39,639 bases of DNA, taken from the IMG/VR virus record IMGVR_UViG_3300011417_000016, positions 1 to 39,639 of that record, one strand, 5' to 3'. Below, one piece after another: positions 8,372 to 17,594 of the stretch. The notes under the pieces were generated by a model, which saw only the letters and a program-made list of their open reading frames with translations, did no database searches and had not been told where the DNA came from. Position 1 is the first letter of the stretch, and each line of letters opens with the position of its first letter. This DNA is from a virus. Lineage: Duplodnaviria > Caudoviricetes. A program made the translations under genes and the position numbers.

Positions 8372-8659
8372 TCAGCCCGAGGGTGCAGCCATGTCGAAGC
8401 GCACGCGCGCTGGTGCCGCGGCCGCGACGTGGATCGTGTAGACCCGCACCTTGGGATTCGCCAGCAGGCTCAACCAGTGGCCGGACCGGAAGTAGTAGTC
8501 GCGGCGCAGCACGGCGTCCGAGAACTCGCGGATGGCTGGCTCGTCGGCGGCACCACAGTGGTGCAACGTGATGCACGGCTCCTCGGCGGGACGTGCTGCG
8601 GGGCCGGCCGGCGGCCGGCGTGTGGGCGGCGTGGTCGTGGCTGGGCGGAAGTGCGCCAT
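8372..8659 (-). CDS. Hypothetical protein
   Basis: Protein-like core (EPAIREFSDAVLRRDYYFRSGHWLSLL); start uncertain. Confidence 0.35.
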   Translation of the reverse strand: MAHFRPATTTPPTRRPPAGPAARPAEEPCITLHHCGAADEPAIREFSDAVLRRDYYFRSGHWLSLLANPKVRVYTIHVAAAAPARVRFDMAAPSG

Positions 8660-8710
8660 GGTCTGGCCCTCGCGTGTCGCGGGGGACTATGGCCGGAAGG
8701 CACGCGCGGG

Positions 8711-9109
8711 TCAAGAGAAGAGTTTCGTCAGCAGCCAGGTGAGGACCGTGCTGATGGCCGTCGCGATGGTCGCGGCCACGCAGTTTTCGTTCCAGGTCCA
8801 ACGCCACCACCAGGGGCAAGCGAGGCGGGCACCCTCAGCCCGCCCGGCCTCGGTCAGTGCGATGAACCCGGACGCGCGAGGCTGGGAGAGGAGGTCGACA
8901 TTCCCCGCGCTATCGGGCAATGCGCTTGCCGTGATCCAGCCCCTGGCAAGGAGGTAGTGGGCTGCGCAACGCAGGGTACAGGGAAACAGGCGCGGACACA
9001 GGTGATCCAGCGGCCACGGTGCACCAGTCGTGCCGTCCGTCTGGCGCCAGAGATCGAGCAGGAGCTGGTTGCAGTGCTCGAGTCGCAGCGGCGGCAGGAT
9101 CGGTTTCAT
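8711..9109 (-). CDS. wHTH-like protein with C-terminal transmembrane helix (moron-like)
   Basis: YLLARGWI...IALTEAGR wHTH signature; C-terminal hydrophobic helix; extended -10 TGgTATACT 8 nt before the ATG. Confidence 0.6.
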   Translation of the reverse strand: MKPILPPLRLEHCNQLLLDLWRQTDGTTGAPWPLDHLCPRLFPCTLRCAAHYLLARGWITASALPDSAGNVDLLSQPRASGFIALTEAGRAEGARLACPWWWRWTWNENCVAATIATAISTVLTWLLTKLFS

Positions 9110-9169
9110 GGGCGGAGAGTATACCAGCTTGGCAGTACAGGCGCCTGCACTCGCGGCTAAGATGGGAGG

Positions 9170-9385
9170 ATGAGCCAGCAAGTTCCCGACTGCCAGCGTT
9201 GCCGGCGACCCGTCGAGCTGCCCGAGCTGCAGGAAGTCGAGCTGTGGGCGTGGGGGGAGCGGCAGGGGAAGCTGCTCACCTGCCTGTGCCTGGAGTGCCG
9301 CGGCCTCGTCGAGGCCGGGCTCTATGGCGTGTTCGTGCCGGCCGCCGGCGAGAAGCTGGATCAATCTAGTCGACCAGGTGAGTAG
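9170..9385 (+). CDS. Small Zn-ribbon protein
   Basis: CQRC...CLEC; TAAGAT and GGAGG directly before the ATG. Confidence 0.6.
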   Translation: MSQQVPDCQRCRRPVELPELQEVELWAWGERQGKLLTCLCLECRGLVEAGLYGVFVPAAGEKLDQSSRPGE

Positions 9386-9407
9386 AACCGATGCCGGCGA
9401 CCTAGGT

Positions 9408-9500
9408 TTGACTACGGCCGCCGGGTTCTGATAATGCCGGTGGAGACCCTAGGTCGATCTACAAGGAAGCCCCGCAGGGCGAAGCCTGCCGGGGCTTCTT
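9408..9500 (+). promoter_or_regulatory. Promoter and leader hairpin upstream of the sce7726-like gene
   Basis: TTGACT-16-GATAAT; hairpin GAAGCCCCG...CGGGGCTTC-TT at about 9466-9500. Confidence 0.5.
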
Positions 9501-9524
9501 CCCAGCTGAGATGGGCTCGACTGC

Positions 9525-10199
9525 ATGCGCGAGCTTGATATCCGCAAGGCCCTGCGCGACTTCCTCGTGGCCAGTCACGCCATCGACCAGGACACCCTCG
9601 TCGTCGATGAGCTGGGTCTCTGCCAAGGCGATGCCCGGGTCGATCTCGCCGTCATCAATGGCGCACTAAACGGCTACGAGATCAAGAGCGACCGCGACAC
9701 GCTGGACCGACTCCCTCGGCAGCGCGACTTCTATAGCCAGTGCTTCGAGCGGATGACGATCGTCGTCGGCCGCAAGCACATCCAGGCAGCACGTCGAGCC
9801 GTGCCCGCGTGGTGGGGCATCGTCGAAGCCGCCGACTGCAACGGCCAGGTTGTGCTAACCTCTATCCGGACCGCCAAGCCGAACCGAGCAATTCACCCCG
9901 AGGCCCTGGTCAAGTTCCTTTGGAAGAATGAACTCATCGCGGCCCTCCGCGAAGTCGGCGTGACCGGTGAGCTCAGGCACGACACGCGGCTTGAACTGCG
10001 CGCGAGGCTCACTGCAGCCGCTCCGGCCGGCGAGCTTCCCCGGCTCGTTCGCCTGCAGATCAAAGCGCGGGGTGAGTGGCGATCCCGTCCTTCACCGTTT
10101 CGAGGTGGTGGTTCACGCCGATCTTCCGCCAAGTCTCAGCGTTCCCAGGCGAACCTCCGGTGGTTGCTTTCGTGTGGATCTCAGCATCCCCAGCGCTGA
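9525..10199 (+). CDS. sce7726-family protein (PD-(D/E)XK nuclease-like)
   Basis: DELGLCQGDARVDLAVINGALNGYEIKSDRDTLDRLPRQ...PAWWGI. Confidence 0.85.
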   Translation: MRELDIRKALRDFLVASHAIDQDTLVVDELGLCQGDARVDLAVINGALNGYEIKSDRDTLDRLPRQRDFYSQCFERMTIVVGRKHIQAARRAVPAWWGIVEAADCNGQVVLTSIRTAKPNRAIHPEALVKFLWKNELIAALREVGVTGELRHDTRLELRARLTAAAPAGELPRLVRLQIKARGEWRSRPSPFRGGGSRRSSAKSQRSQANLRWLLSCGSQHPQR

Positions 10200-10500
10200 A
10201 TCCCTGACCGCGGTATTCCGGCCTGCCCACCAAATCCCGGCAGATCGAGATGAACTGACCATAACCGGCGGCGTGCGTGAACACATTGTGCCCCTTCCAA
10301 ATCAGGAACGCGTCCGGTGTGGTGTACCTGATCTGGGCGAGGATCGTTGCGCGACCGGTGGGCGGGAGGTCGGTGTGAGAAATGGCATAGTCCCCATAGG
10401 CCGGCAGCCGGGCCGGCTTCCGGCTCCGAGTGAAGAGACCTAGCCAGCCCAGCCAGTCGCAGCGCGCCGAGAGGCTCCAGCCCTTAGCGAGCGGTGCACG
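10060..10500 (-). pseudogene. C-terminal fragment of a Beta-family (sce7725-like) protein
   Basis: RCDWLGW...YGDYAISH...IRYT...GNAETWRKIGVNHHL; N-terminal part is absent and replaced by late-operon DNA. Confidence 0.7.
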
Positions 10501-10572
10501 ATGAATTCTTCGGGCGGAGTTTCTGCAAGTCAAGTTCGGCCAGCGCCAGCTGCAAACGATTCCAGGAGTGGC

Positions 10573-10731
10573 TCAGTTTCCCGGCGGTGGCGGCGGAGGC
10601 GTCTGAGACGCTTTCGCGTAGCGGACGATCGCGAGCGCCAGGTCAATCTCCGGCTTGGGGTCCGGCTTGATCTGGGCGATCGTCAGCAGCCCCTCGGCCG
10701 TCTCCAGGAGCGCGGTCAGTGTCAGGTTCAT
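10573..10731 (-). CDS. Small hypothetical protein, last gene of the late operon
   Basis: MNLTLTALLETAEGLL...; SD AAGGAAG/GGAGG. Confidence 0.5.
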   Translation of the reverse strand: MNLTLTALLETAEGLLTIAQIKPDPKPEIDLALAIVRYAKASQTPPPPPPGN

Positions 10732-10774
10732 TGCTTCCTTCCCTCCTGTGGTTTCCCGCCCGCATGTTGGGTTC

Positions 10775-11353
10775 CTACTTCCTCCGCAGCACGAACTCAA
10801 TCGCGGCTTCGGTCACCGGGTTCAAGGTCTGATCGACGCCGGCGGGCAGCGGCAGGTAGGTGGCCTCGAGCTTCTCGACCCGCAGCGGCTCGGCCAGGTC
10901 GTTGACGCCGGCGAGCAGCTCGAAGACGTTGATCGACGCCGGCGACCAGCTCGCCCTCTTCGACAGCGTGAACGTGTGCTTGTGGTCCCGGTTGAACCGC
11001 GGCGGCCACTTGCCCTGCTCGTAGAGGTCCTCGTCCGGAATGAGCACGACCAGGTGTCCGCCCGGTGTCACCACCTGACACCACCGCCGCAGGGCCACGT
11101 GCGGGTAGTAGAGATGCTCGAGGCAGTGCGACGAGTGCAGCCAGTCGAAGGCCCCGCATCGGATGCCGCGCAGGGCCTGGGCGTCGCCCTGCTTGCGGTC
11201 CCATCCCTTCACCGTGCCCATCCCGGGGAACAGGTGCCGCCACTGGCCGAGGCTGTCATGCCCGCAGCCCACGTCGATGCCGGCGCCCGCGAACCAGCGC
11301 ACGTAGGACACATCCCGCAGCCGACGGGCAATTGATTTACTCGTCTCGTTCAT
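10775..11353 (-). CDS. Class I SAM-dependent methyltransferase
   Basis: GIDVGCG motif I; FDWLHSSHCLEH; VTPGGHLVV. Confidence 0.88.
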   Translation of the reverse strand: MNETSKSIARRLRDVSYVRWFAGAGIDVGCGHDSLGQWRHLFPGMGTVKGWDRKQGDAQALRGIRCGAFDWLHSSHCLEHLYYPHVALRRWCQVVTPGGHLVVLIPDEDLYEQGKWPPRFNRDHKHTFTLSKRASWSPASINVFELLAGVNDLAEPLRVEKLEATYLPLPAGVDQTLNPVTEAAIEFVLRRK

Positions 11354-11412
11354 CCTTCTCTTCCCCTCATGGGCGATCGGGTTTACGCATCTGGTTAACG
11401 ACTTCCTCCCGG

Positions 11413-12150
11413 TCACTCGACGGCGAAGTCCGCCGGCGGCACGTGGTTGTACCAGGCGTCCGGCCTGGCGAAGTGCGTCCCCTGGTGGGCAGGCTCCTTG
11501 ACCTGCTGAACCTCGATGACGCAGGGGACCTTGAGCCCCTCGGCGATCGCCCGCGGGGAGCTCTGGTTGCCGACGAAGAGCCGGCAGCCGGCAATGACGC
11601 GGGCCACGTCGAGCAGGGTCGGCGTCGGCACGATCGCCACGTGGCCGACATTCGCTTCGAAGTCTGCGTGCTCCTCGTGAGTCCCGACAAAGCCGGCCCG
11701 CTTCCCGAAGCGGGCATGGAGTTCGCGCCAGGGGAAGCGTGAGTTGCGGTACCGCTGGGAGCGCGCGAACACCACGGGCGCCATGGCGTTCGGCTCGACC
11801 TGCAGCCAGCGGCCCGGCGGGCTGGCGGCGGCCAGGTCTCCCGAGTAAGGGGTGGCCAGCCAGTGGGCGTGCTGATCGGCGATGTTGAACCCATGCCGCC
11901 AGAAGCGGCGCTGGCCCACGTCGATGCGTACGCCCAGCGGCCGCTCGCGCCATTCCGCGCGGGCGATGTAGGACTGGGCCCGCAAGAGCGGCAGGATGTC
12001 CTCGGCGTGCTCCGCGCTCATGCGCACCCGCGTGTCGCCGGCGGGGCAGAGGTAGAACGTACACGGCGTGGCCGCCTCGTCGCACAGGAACTTGGTGGCC
12101 ATCAAGCTGTAGACGATGTCGCCGTAGTCGCCGTGGTGGCTGAAGATCAT
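11413..12150 (-). CDS. GT-B glycosyltransferase, GT9 (heptosyltransferase)-like
   Basis: N-terminal GDYGDIV; C-terminal LLDVARVIAGCRLFVGNQSSPRAIAEGLKVP. Confidence 0.8.
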   Translation of the reverse strand: MIFSHHGDYGDIVYSLMATKFLCDEAATPCTFYLCPAGDTRVRMSAEHAEDILPLLRAQSYIARAEWRERPLGVRIDVGQRRFWRHGFNIADQHAHWLATPYSGDLAAASPPGRWLQVEPNAMAPVVFARSQRYRNSRFPWRELHARFGKRAGFVGTHEEHADFEANVGHVAIVPTPTLLDVARVIAGCRLFVGNQSSPRAIAEGLKVPCVIEVQQVKEPAHQGTHFARPDAWYNHVPPADFAVE

Positions 12151-13157
12151 TGCCGTGCCCCCTGCCAAAACCTGGTTGCCTCGGTGCGGTTGACGATGTC
12201 CGATCGGCCGGCGCCCTGCCCGCACAGCAAAGGGTCGGGGCTGTAGACGCGGTGCGCCTCCTGCCAGCGACCGAAGCTGTGATCGATGTGCGTCCGGCTC
12301 TCAGCCCACAACGCGTACAGGGCCCGCATGACGTCGCGGCCCCGCACCACATAGGCGTGGGTGCGCTGGGCATAGACCACGCGGCGGACGCCGTCGGCGA
12401 TCGCCGGGGCCTTGGCCTGGTGTTCGCAGCCCAGCATGAGCCCCTGCCAGTCGCGCGGGACGCGGGCCAGGAACACATCGAGTCTGGCCGCGAACTCGGG
12501 CAGGAACACGCAGTCGTCTTCGAAGACCGTCAGCGTCTCGATGCCGTCGCGGAGAGCATCCTCGAGCACGCGCAGGTGTGATTGCCGGCAACCCCAGGCC
12601 CCGACGCCGCCACGCCAGTTGCCGGGGTGGGGCGAGAGCTGGCCGTCGATCGCCGGCACGCGCTCGATCTGGTCCCAGAGTGGAGACTGTAGGCCTGTTG
12701 TGGCCACAGTGAATTCCTGCAGCCGGTCGGGCCGGCGATCGAGGTTGATCACGACGGCCCGCTTGACGCCGAACTCGGCCGGCGTCGCCGGCGGTACTTC
12801 GCCCGGCGCGGGCAAAGGCGGCGGCGGATGTGGTTCACGCGTCCGGCAGCCGCGGCAGCGGGCCACGCCGTCGAGCTTCTTCGACAGCGTGCATTCGCCG
12901 TGCACGGCGCAGGCGAACACGCTCAGCTCGACGCCTCCGGTGCAGCTCGGGCACTCCTGCTTCCGCACCTCGGGCCCGCGATGAATGCACGGGAGCTGCT
13001 CGGCGACCTGGTCCCCGCCGATCCCGGACCACTTGTCCCACAGCCGGCGGTAGCGGCGGCCGAGGCGGTTGTCCATCTGGGACAGCGCCCGCTCGCGCAG
13101 CAGATGCGGCCGCTGGTGGCGGGCGCAAAAGTCGTGCTCGTCGAGTTGGCAGATCAT
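12147..13157 (-). CDS. Glycosyltransferase family 25 with N-terminal Cys-rich domain
   Basis: VVINLDRRPDRL...VPAIDG...GCRQSH...VFEDD...THAYVV; Cys-rich N-terminal region. Confidence 0.85.
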   Translation of the reverse strand: MICQLDEHDFCARHQRPHLLRERALSQMDNRLGRRYRRLWDKWSGIGGDQVAEQLPCIHRGPEVRKQECPSCTGGVELSVFACAVHGECTLSKKLDGVARCRGCRTREPHPPPPLPAPGEVPPATPAEFGVKRAVVINLDRRPDRLQEFTVATTGLQSPLWDQIERVPAIDGQLSPHPGNWRGGVGAWGCRQSHLRVLEDALRDGIETLTVFEDDCVFLPEFAARLDVFLARVPRDWQGLMLGCEHQAKAPAIADGVRRVVYAQRTHAYVVRGRDVMRALYALWAESRTHIDHSFGRWQEAHRVYSPDPLLCGQGAGRSDIVNRTEATRFWQGARQ

Positions 13158-14743
13158 TCGGTCACCAGGACGCTGATGGATGAGCCGGGCGGACAGGAAC
13201 CCAGGCCGCTGAAGGTGGTCATGTTCGTGCAAAAGGAGATTGGGTCACAACTGCATGCTCCGCACAGGCCGGTGTTGGCGAAGCCCGCGATGGAAATGAT
13301 GAACCCGTTGCAGGAGCCGCCGGTGCAGCAGAACTGAACGCTGACGCTCTGCCCGCACAGCGTCACAGTGCCCAGCCAGCAATTGCTGCCGTTCCATGTG
13401 AGCACTCCCGAAGCTGTCGCGTCTCCGGTTATCGAGACGTGCAGCGTCTCCGGTATCTCGTTCGGGCAGCAGCTCGTGACTCCGCCGCCGCCGCCGCCCC
13501 CGCCGCCTCCGCCCCCGCCGCCCGAGATGCAGTCGCACGTGCCCAGCGTGAAGGGCCCATCCCGGCAGATCAGCTCGCCGCAGACGTAGGTGTCGTAGTA
13601 CTCGCTGATCGTCGAGCCCGAGGCGGTCAGCGAGGTGAAGCTGCCGTGCAGGCCGCGGCACTCGACGATGTAGAGCGCTTGGCACTCGCGGCCGTGGGTG
13701 CCGCCCGAGCCCTCGAGCGTGGGCGGGCCGTCGTCATCGTCATCGTCGCGTTCAGCCTTGATCGGCGGGATGATGCTGTGGTAGACCGCGTTGAAGCGCA
13801 TGCCCACGAACAGCTTCTTGCCGCAGGTGGCCGCGACGTAGACGCGGTCCTTCATCGTGTTCTTCCAGGAGCACGTATCGATGTCGAACTCCTGGATGTT
13901 CCCCTCGAAGATGTGCAGCTTCTCGGAGTCGCAGATCGTGCAGTCGTCCTCCTCCTCGCCCGAGCCCGACCCGGAACCCGTGGGGCAGTAGACGCCGAGC
14001 TCCGCCTGGATGAGGATCTGCCGGACCGGATTGCTGGCATTGACCCCGTAGACCGGCGACGTCTGGACATAGGAGTTGCACGGCCCGTCGATCGGGTAGG
14101 CGATGGCGGTGGGGCCTTCCGGCCACTCATCGGAGAGGCGCTGGGCGAAGTAGCGCTTCCCCACCAAGAGCGGCTGGCCTTCAAGGTCGATGACCCCGAC
14201 GCAGGCGCCGTCGACCCACCGGTCGCAGTCGCGATCCCACGTCTGCAGTTGGCCGATGTGCATCCAGGAGAGGCAGGGCTGATCTTCGCCGGACCCAGCC
14301 GCCCCGGATCCCGTGCAGGTGGTGAGCGGGCCCATGGCGCTCGCCTTCTGGTAGATCTTCACGATCACCCGCTCGCCGGCGACCGTCACAGCGGGGGCGA
14401 ACACCAGCTTGCCGTCACTGTGTGTGGCGATGCAGCGCGCGAGATAATCCCGGCCTACATCGAGCTGGTCGCCGTTCCAGTCCTTGAGCCAGCACGCGTT
14501 CAGGTCGCCGTCGGCGTTCGTGGAGACGTCGTAGGATTTGATCCGGCCCGGGGCCCAGTCCGAAAAGGGTGCCCCCCCGGAGCCGACGGCCCCGGTGCAT
14601 TCGACGAGATGGACCAGCGGCGTCTTGTGCGCAGCGCGGCCCGGCCGCCGGCCGTCGCCGGCGGCCATGCCCTCCACTTCGCGGACGACGGCGCTGATGC
14701 GCGTGGCGTCCGCCTGTGTTGGCAGCCAGACTTCCTCGGGCAT
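13154..14743 (-). CDS. Cys-rich tail-tip/receptor-binding candidate with three internal repeats and a Gly14 linker
   Basis: Position after the tape measure; repeated motif G-x-[IL]-x-x-[YWF]-D...G-x-x-L-x-V-G-x-x-[YF]-x-A. Confidence 0.6.
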   Translation of the reverse strand: MPEEVWLPTQADATRISAVVREVEGMAAGDGRRPGRAAHKTPLVHLVECTGAVGSGGAPFSDWAPGRIKSYDVSTNADGDLNACWLKDWNGDQLDVGRDYLARCIATHSDGKLVFAPAVTVAGERVIVKIYQKASAMGPLTTCTGSGAAGSGEDQPCLSWMHIGQLQTWDRDCDRWVDGACVGVIDLEGQPLLVGKRYFAQRLSDEWPEGPTAIAYPIDGPCNSYVQTSPVYGVNASNPVRQILIQAELGVYCPTGSGSGSGEEEDDCTICDSEKLHIFEGNIQEFDIDTCSWKNTMKDRVYVAATCGKKLFVGMRFNAVYHSIIPPIKAERDDDDDDGPPTLEGSGGTHGRECQALYIVECRGLHGSFTSLTASGSTISEYYDTYVCGELICRDGPFTLGTCDCISGGGGGGGGGGGGGGVTSCCPNEIPETLHVSITGDATASGVLTWNGSNCWLGTVTLCGQSVSVQFCCTGGSCNGFIISIAGFANTGLCGACSCDPISFCTNMTTFSGLGSCPPGSSISVLVTE

Positions 14744-14762
14744 CCCTGCCCCCTTGCCCCTG

Positions 14763-15143
14763 CTAGTCGTTGAAGACGCGGATGCGGACCTTGCAGTCTG
14801 CGGTGTCGGCCTTCCACCGGATCGTGATGCCCGGTTCGAGACGCAGAACGTGACGGTCTCCAGGCTTCAACCGGTGATAAGGAACCATGACGCCACCCGA
14901 CTTGGGGCCGATCCGCACGAAGTTGGTCGGGTCCAGGTTGTGGATCGAGCACCAGCCCAGCGTGGCGATGTCCGCGGCGATAGGCAGGTCCTCCTCTGCG
15001 GCCTGACCGACCACCACGACCTTGTCGTCGATGACCTGGAGGCTCTGGGTTTCGCTCTTCTCGAGCACCTGATCGGGACTGTCGAGCTTGGTGCTCGTGT
15101 CCTTGATCGAGAGCGCGGTGGTAACCTTGATCGTTGCGGCCAT
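14763..15143 (-). CDS. Putative minor tail protein (beta-rich)
   Basis: SD AAAGGAGG; tail-module position; IHNLDPTNFVRIG. Confidence 0.65.
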   Translation of the reverse strand: MAATIKVTTALSIKDTSTKLDSPDQVLEKSETQSLQVIDDKVVVVGQAAEEDLPIAADIATLGWCSIHNLDPTNFVRIGPKSGGVMVPYHRLKPGDRHVLRLEPGITIRWKADTADCKVRIRVFND

Positions 15144-15156
15144 CCGTGGCCTCCTT

Positions 15157-16134
15157 TCATTGCTCGAAGCCCATGATCTCCAGCAGGGGCGAGAGCGCCA
15201 CCTGGGCACGCGTCTGGAACCGGCAGTAGATGAGCGGCGTGGTGCCCGAGGCGACGAGCTTGCGGCCCATCAGGTCGAGCGGGTGCGGCCGGGAGAGCTG
15301 GGCGCCGTTGCCGTCGGTGATCTCCTCGTAGTTACCGGTGCCCAGATTGAGCCCGCGGTAGCCCGCGTTCATCGGTTCGTAAAAGAAACCGTCCTCGCTG
15401 AACAGGAGCTTCAGGGTGACGCGCTTGAACTTCACATTGCTCCGCTTCTCGTTGCCCCAGGTGAGCGCCGCCGGCCGCACGTGGTGCGGTGGATAGTCGA
15501 GGATGTAGTCGCTGTTGGTCTTGCGCCGGTACTGGCGCCGGAGCCCCTGCAACTCCGTGACGGTGAGCTGCAGGTTCTTGGTGATCGTCAGCACGTCGAT
15601 CTCGTGGTCCTCGGTGGGCGGCGGATCGAAGGCGTCGTACGCCGTGTTGACGACCGGGATCCGCTGGCCATCGCCCCCGAGCAGCGTGCCGGGAATGGGG
15701 TCGCGCGGGAAATTGCCCCCCACGCTGAACACTTCGAAGAGCTCGCGGGCGTAGGCCCACTCCAGTGCCTTCTGCACGATGTCGGAATCGCCGGTGATGA
15801 CGGCCGGCTCGAGCAGCGGGTTCTCGCCGGGCGTATCCTTGTCGCTCTGGTGGGTCGAGTAGTCGAGAATGGCTTCCAGGACCCGGGGGTTCTGCGGGTC
15901 ATTGACCACCCGCCGGCGGACGCACAGGGAGTCGCGGTCTTCCTCGTCGAAGGTCCTGTAGAAGTCCCCCTTCTTGGGTAGATCGGGGTGACTCAGCACC
16001 GCCTTCGCGCCGTCCTTGCCGGTGTCGCTCTGGGCCCGGAAGGAGCGTATGTAATCCTTGCGGTTCTCCTCCTCCTCGTCGGAGCCGGCGCGGCCGTGCC
16101 AGGTTTCTTTGATCAGGACGATGGCCATGCTCAC
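15157..16134 (-). CDS. Putative distal tail protein
   Basis: Directly follows the tape measure; strong coding bias. Confidence 0.65.
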   Translation of the reverse strand: MSMAIVLIKETWHGRAGSDEEEENRKDYIRSFRAQSDTGKDGAKAVLSHPDLPKKGDFYRTFDEEDRDSLCVRRRVVNDPQNPRVLEAILDYSTHQSDKDTPGENPLLEPAVITGDSDIVQKALEWAYARELFEVFSVGGNFPRDPIPGTLLGGDGQRIPVVNTAYDAFDPPPTEDHEIDVLTITKNLQLTVTELQGLRRQYRRKTNSDYILDYPPHHVRPAALTWGNEKRSNVKFKRVTLKLLFSEDGFFYEPMNAGYRGLNLGTGNYEEITDGNGAQLSRPHPLDLMGRKLVASGTTPLIYCRFQTRAQVALSPLLEIMGFEQ

Positions 16135-17594
16135 TCCGGAATCGTCTGGGTCTTCATGCTCGGCAGCCGTTCCCGCAGCACCTTGAAGATGTCGTCGCCG
16201 TTGCGGCGGGTCTGCTCCTGCTTGATTTCGAGGATCTTCACCGCCCGCTCGAAGCGGCTGGCGATGTCGTTGCGCTCCCGGGACTGGGCGGAGAACTGGT
16301 TAGCCGCGCTGACCGCCTCGGCCGAGCCGCGCACCATGCCTTCCGGCAAGCGGCGCGAGCCAGGCTCGCCGGCGGCCGCGATGAGGTCCTCCGCCAACCT
16401 GGCGGTCTGTCGCTTCACAAGCTCGGGGTCGAGGCTCATCTCCGTGAGCTGCAGGTTGGCCAGCTCCTGCTGGAACTTCTCCAGCGGGGTGCGCGTGTCG
16501 TCGAAGATGCGCTGCGCCAGTTGGGCCTCTTCCTGCAACCTTGACAGGCGCTGCTTTTCCACCTCGGCGAGCCGCTTCTGTTCCTCCCGTTGCTGGATCA
16601 GTCCGGCAACCCGTTGTTCGTTGGCGTAGCTGGCCCCGCGCTGGGCCAGCTCCCAGAGCTTGGCCTGGTCGGCGCTCATGCCCTCCGTGGCGATCTGCTT
16701 GCGGAGCTCGGCCTCGAAGTCGGCGACGTCCTTGGTCAGCTTCTCGTGCCACTTCTCCAGCTTCTCAAGTGCGGCCATCTCGAGCGCTTTGCCGAGGGGC
16801 GCCTCCGCCTCGTCGGGTTTCGTTTTGTACTGCCAGAAGGGCCCCTTGCCGCCCTCCATCTTGTTGATCTGCTCGAGGACTTTGTTCAGCACGGGGACGA
16901 CGCTGGTGCTGAGGTTGTCCTTGAACTGGGTCCACGTCGCGCTCAGGCGCTTGACGTTCTTGTCCGCTTCGCCGGCACGCTGGAAGGCCTCGGCCGTGAT
17001 GTTCACTTCCTGCCCCAGCTTGCGGATGCCGTCGGCGCCCTGGTTGATGAACGGCATCAGTTCGCTTACGCCCTTGCCAAAGATGTTCTTCGCCAGGGCG
17101 GCCCGTTGGTAGGAATTCTGCACCCGCGACAGTGCCTCCGCGGTCTGCAGGAAACCCCCGGTGACGCCCTTCCCGGCGAGATCCTGGGCGCTCAGCCCAA
17201 GGCGGGAGAAAGTGCGCTGCATCTCGGCGTTGCCCATCGAGGCCTCGCCGACGTTGTCGATGTACTTCTCGAGCCCCTTGACCAAGCTGTCGAACGAGGC
17301 GTCCGACAGCTCGGCGGCGTGCTTGAGACGGTAGAGGGAGACCGCGGACATGTTCAGACGCTCGGCCGCGTCGCCAATGTCGTCGAGCCGTTCGATGGAC
17401 TCAATGAACTGATGCAGGGCCAGGCCGCCCGTCGCCATCGCGGCCCCCACTGCGACCATGGGCGTGGCAAAACTGCTCAGCTTATTGAGCTTGCTCTGGA
17501 ACCCCGCCACCTGCGCAGCCCCGCTCGACAGGCCGCTCGACAGCCCCTGGGCGTTCGCCACCAGCTTCACCGCCAGCGTCCCGATGCTCGCCAT
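16131..17594 (-). CDS. Tail tape measure protein
   Basis: MASIGTLAVKLVAN start; helical Ala-rich sequence; IFGKG...LMPFIN motif; follows the TAC genes. Confidence 0.88.
   Translation of the reverse strand: MASIGTLAVKLVANAQGLSSGLSSGAAQVAGFQSKLNKLSSFATPMVAVGAAMATGGLALHQFIESIERLDDIGDAAERLNMSAVSLYRLKHAAELSDASFDSLVKGLEKYIDNVGEASMGNAEMQRTFSRLGLSAQDLAGKGVTGGFLQTAEALSRVQNSYQRAALAKNIFGKGVSELMPFINQGADGIRKLGQEVNITAEAFQRAGEADKNVKRLSATWTQFKDNLSTSVVPVLNKVLEQINKMEGGKGPFWQYKTKPDEAEAPLGKALEMAALEKLEKWHEKLTKDVADFEAELRKQIATEGMSADQAKLWELAQRGASYANEQRVAGLIQQREEQKRLAEVEKQRLSRLQEEAQLAQRIFDDTRTPLEKFQQELANLQLTEMSLDPELVKRQTARLAEDLIAAAGEPGSRRLPEGMVRGSAEAVSAANQFSAQSRERNDIASRFERAVKILEIKQEQTRRNGDDIFKVLRERLPSMKTQTIPE

Noticed and set aside
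13481-13522. GGC-rich run as a slippage microsatellite
   Set aside because: Mixed Gly codons (GGC/GGG/GGA) indicate selection for a poly-Gly linker; unit changes would stay in frame
13154-14743. Diversity-generating retroelement target
   Set aside because: No reverse transcriptase and no TR/VR nucleotide repeat pair seen
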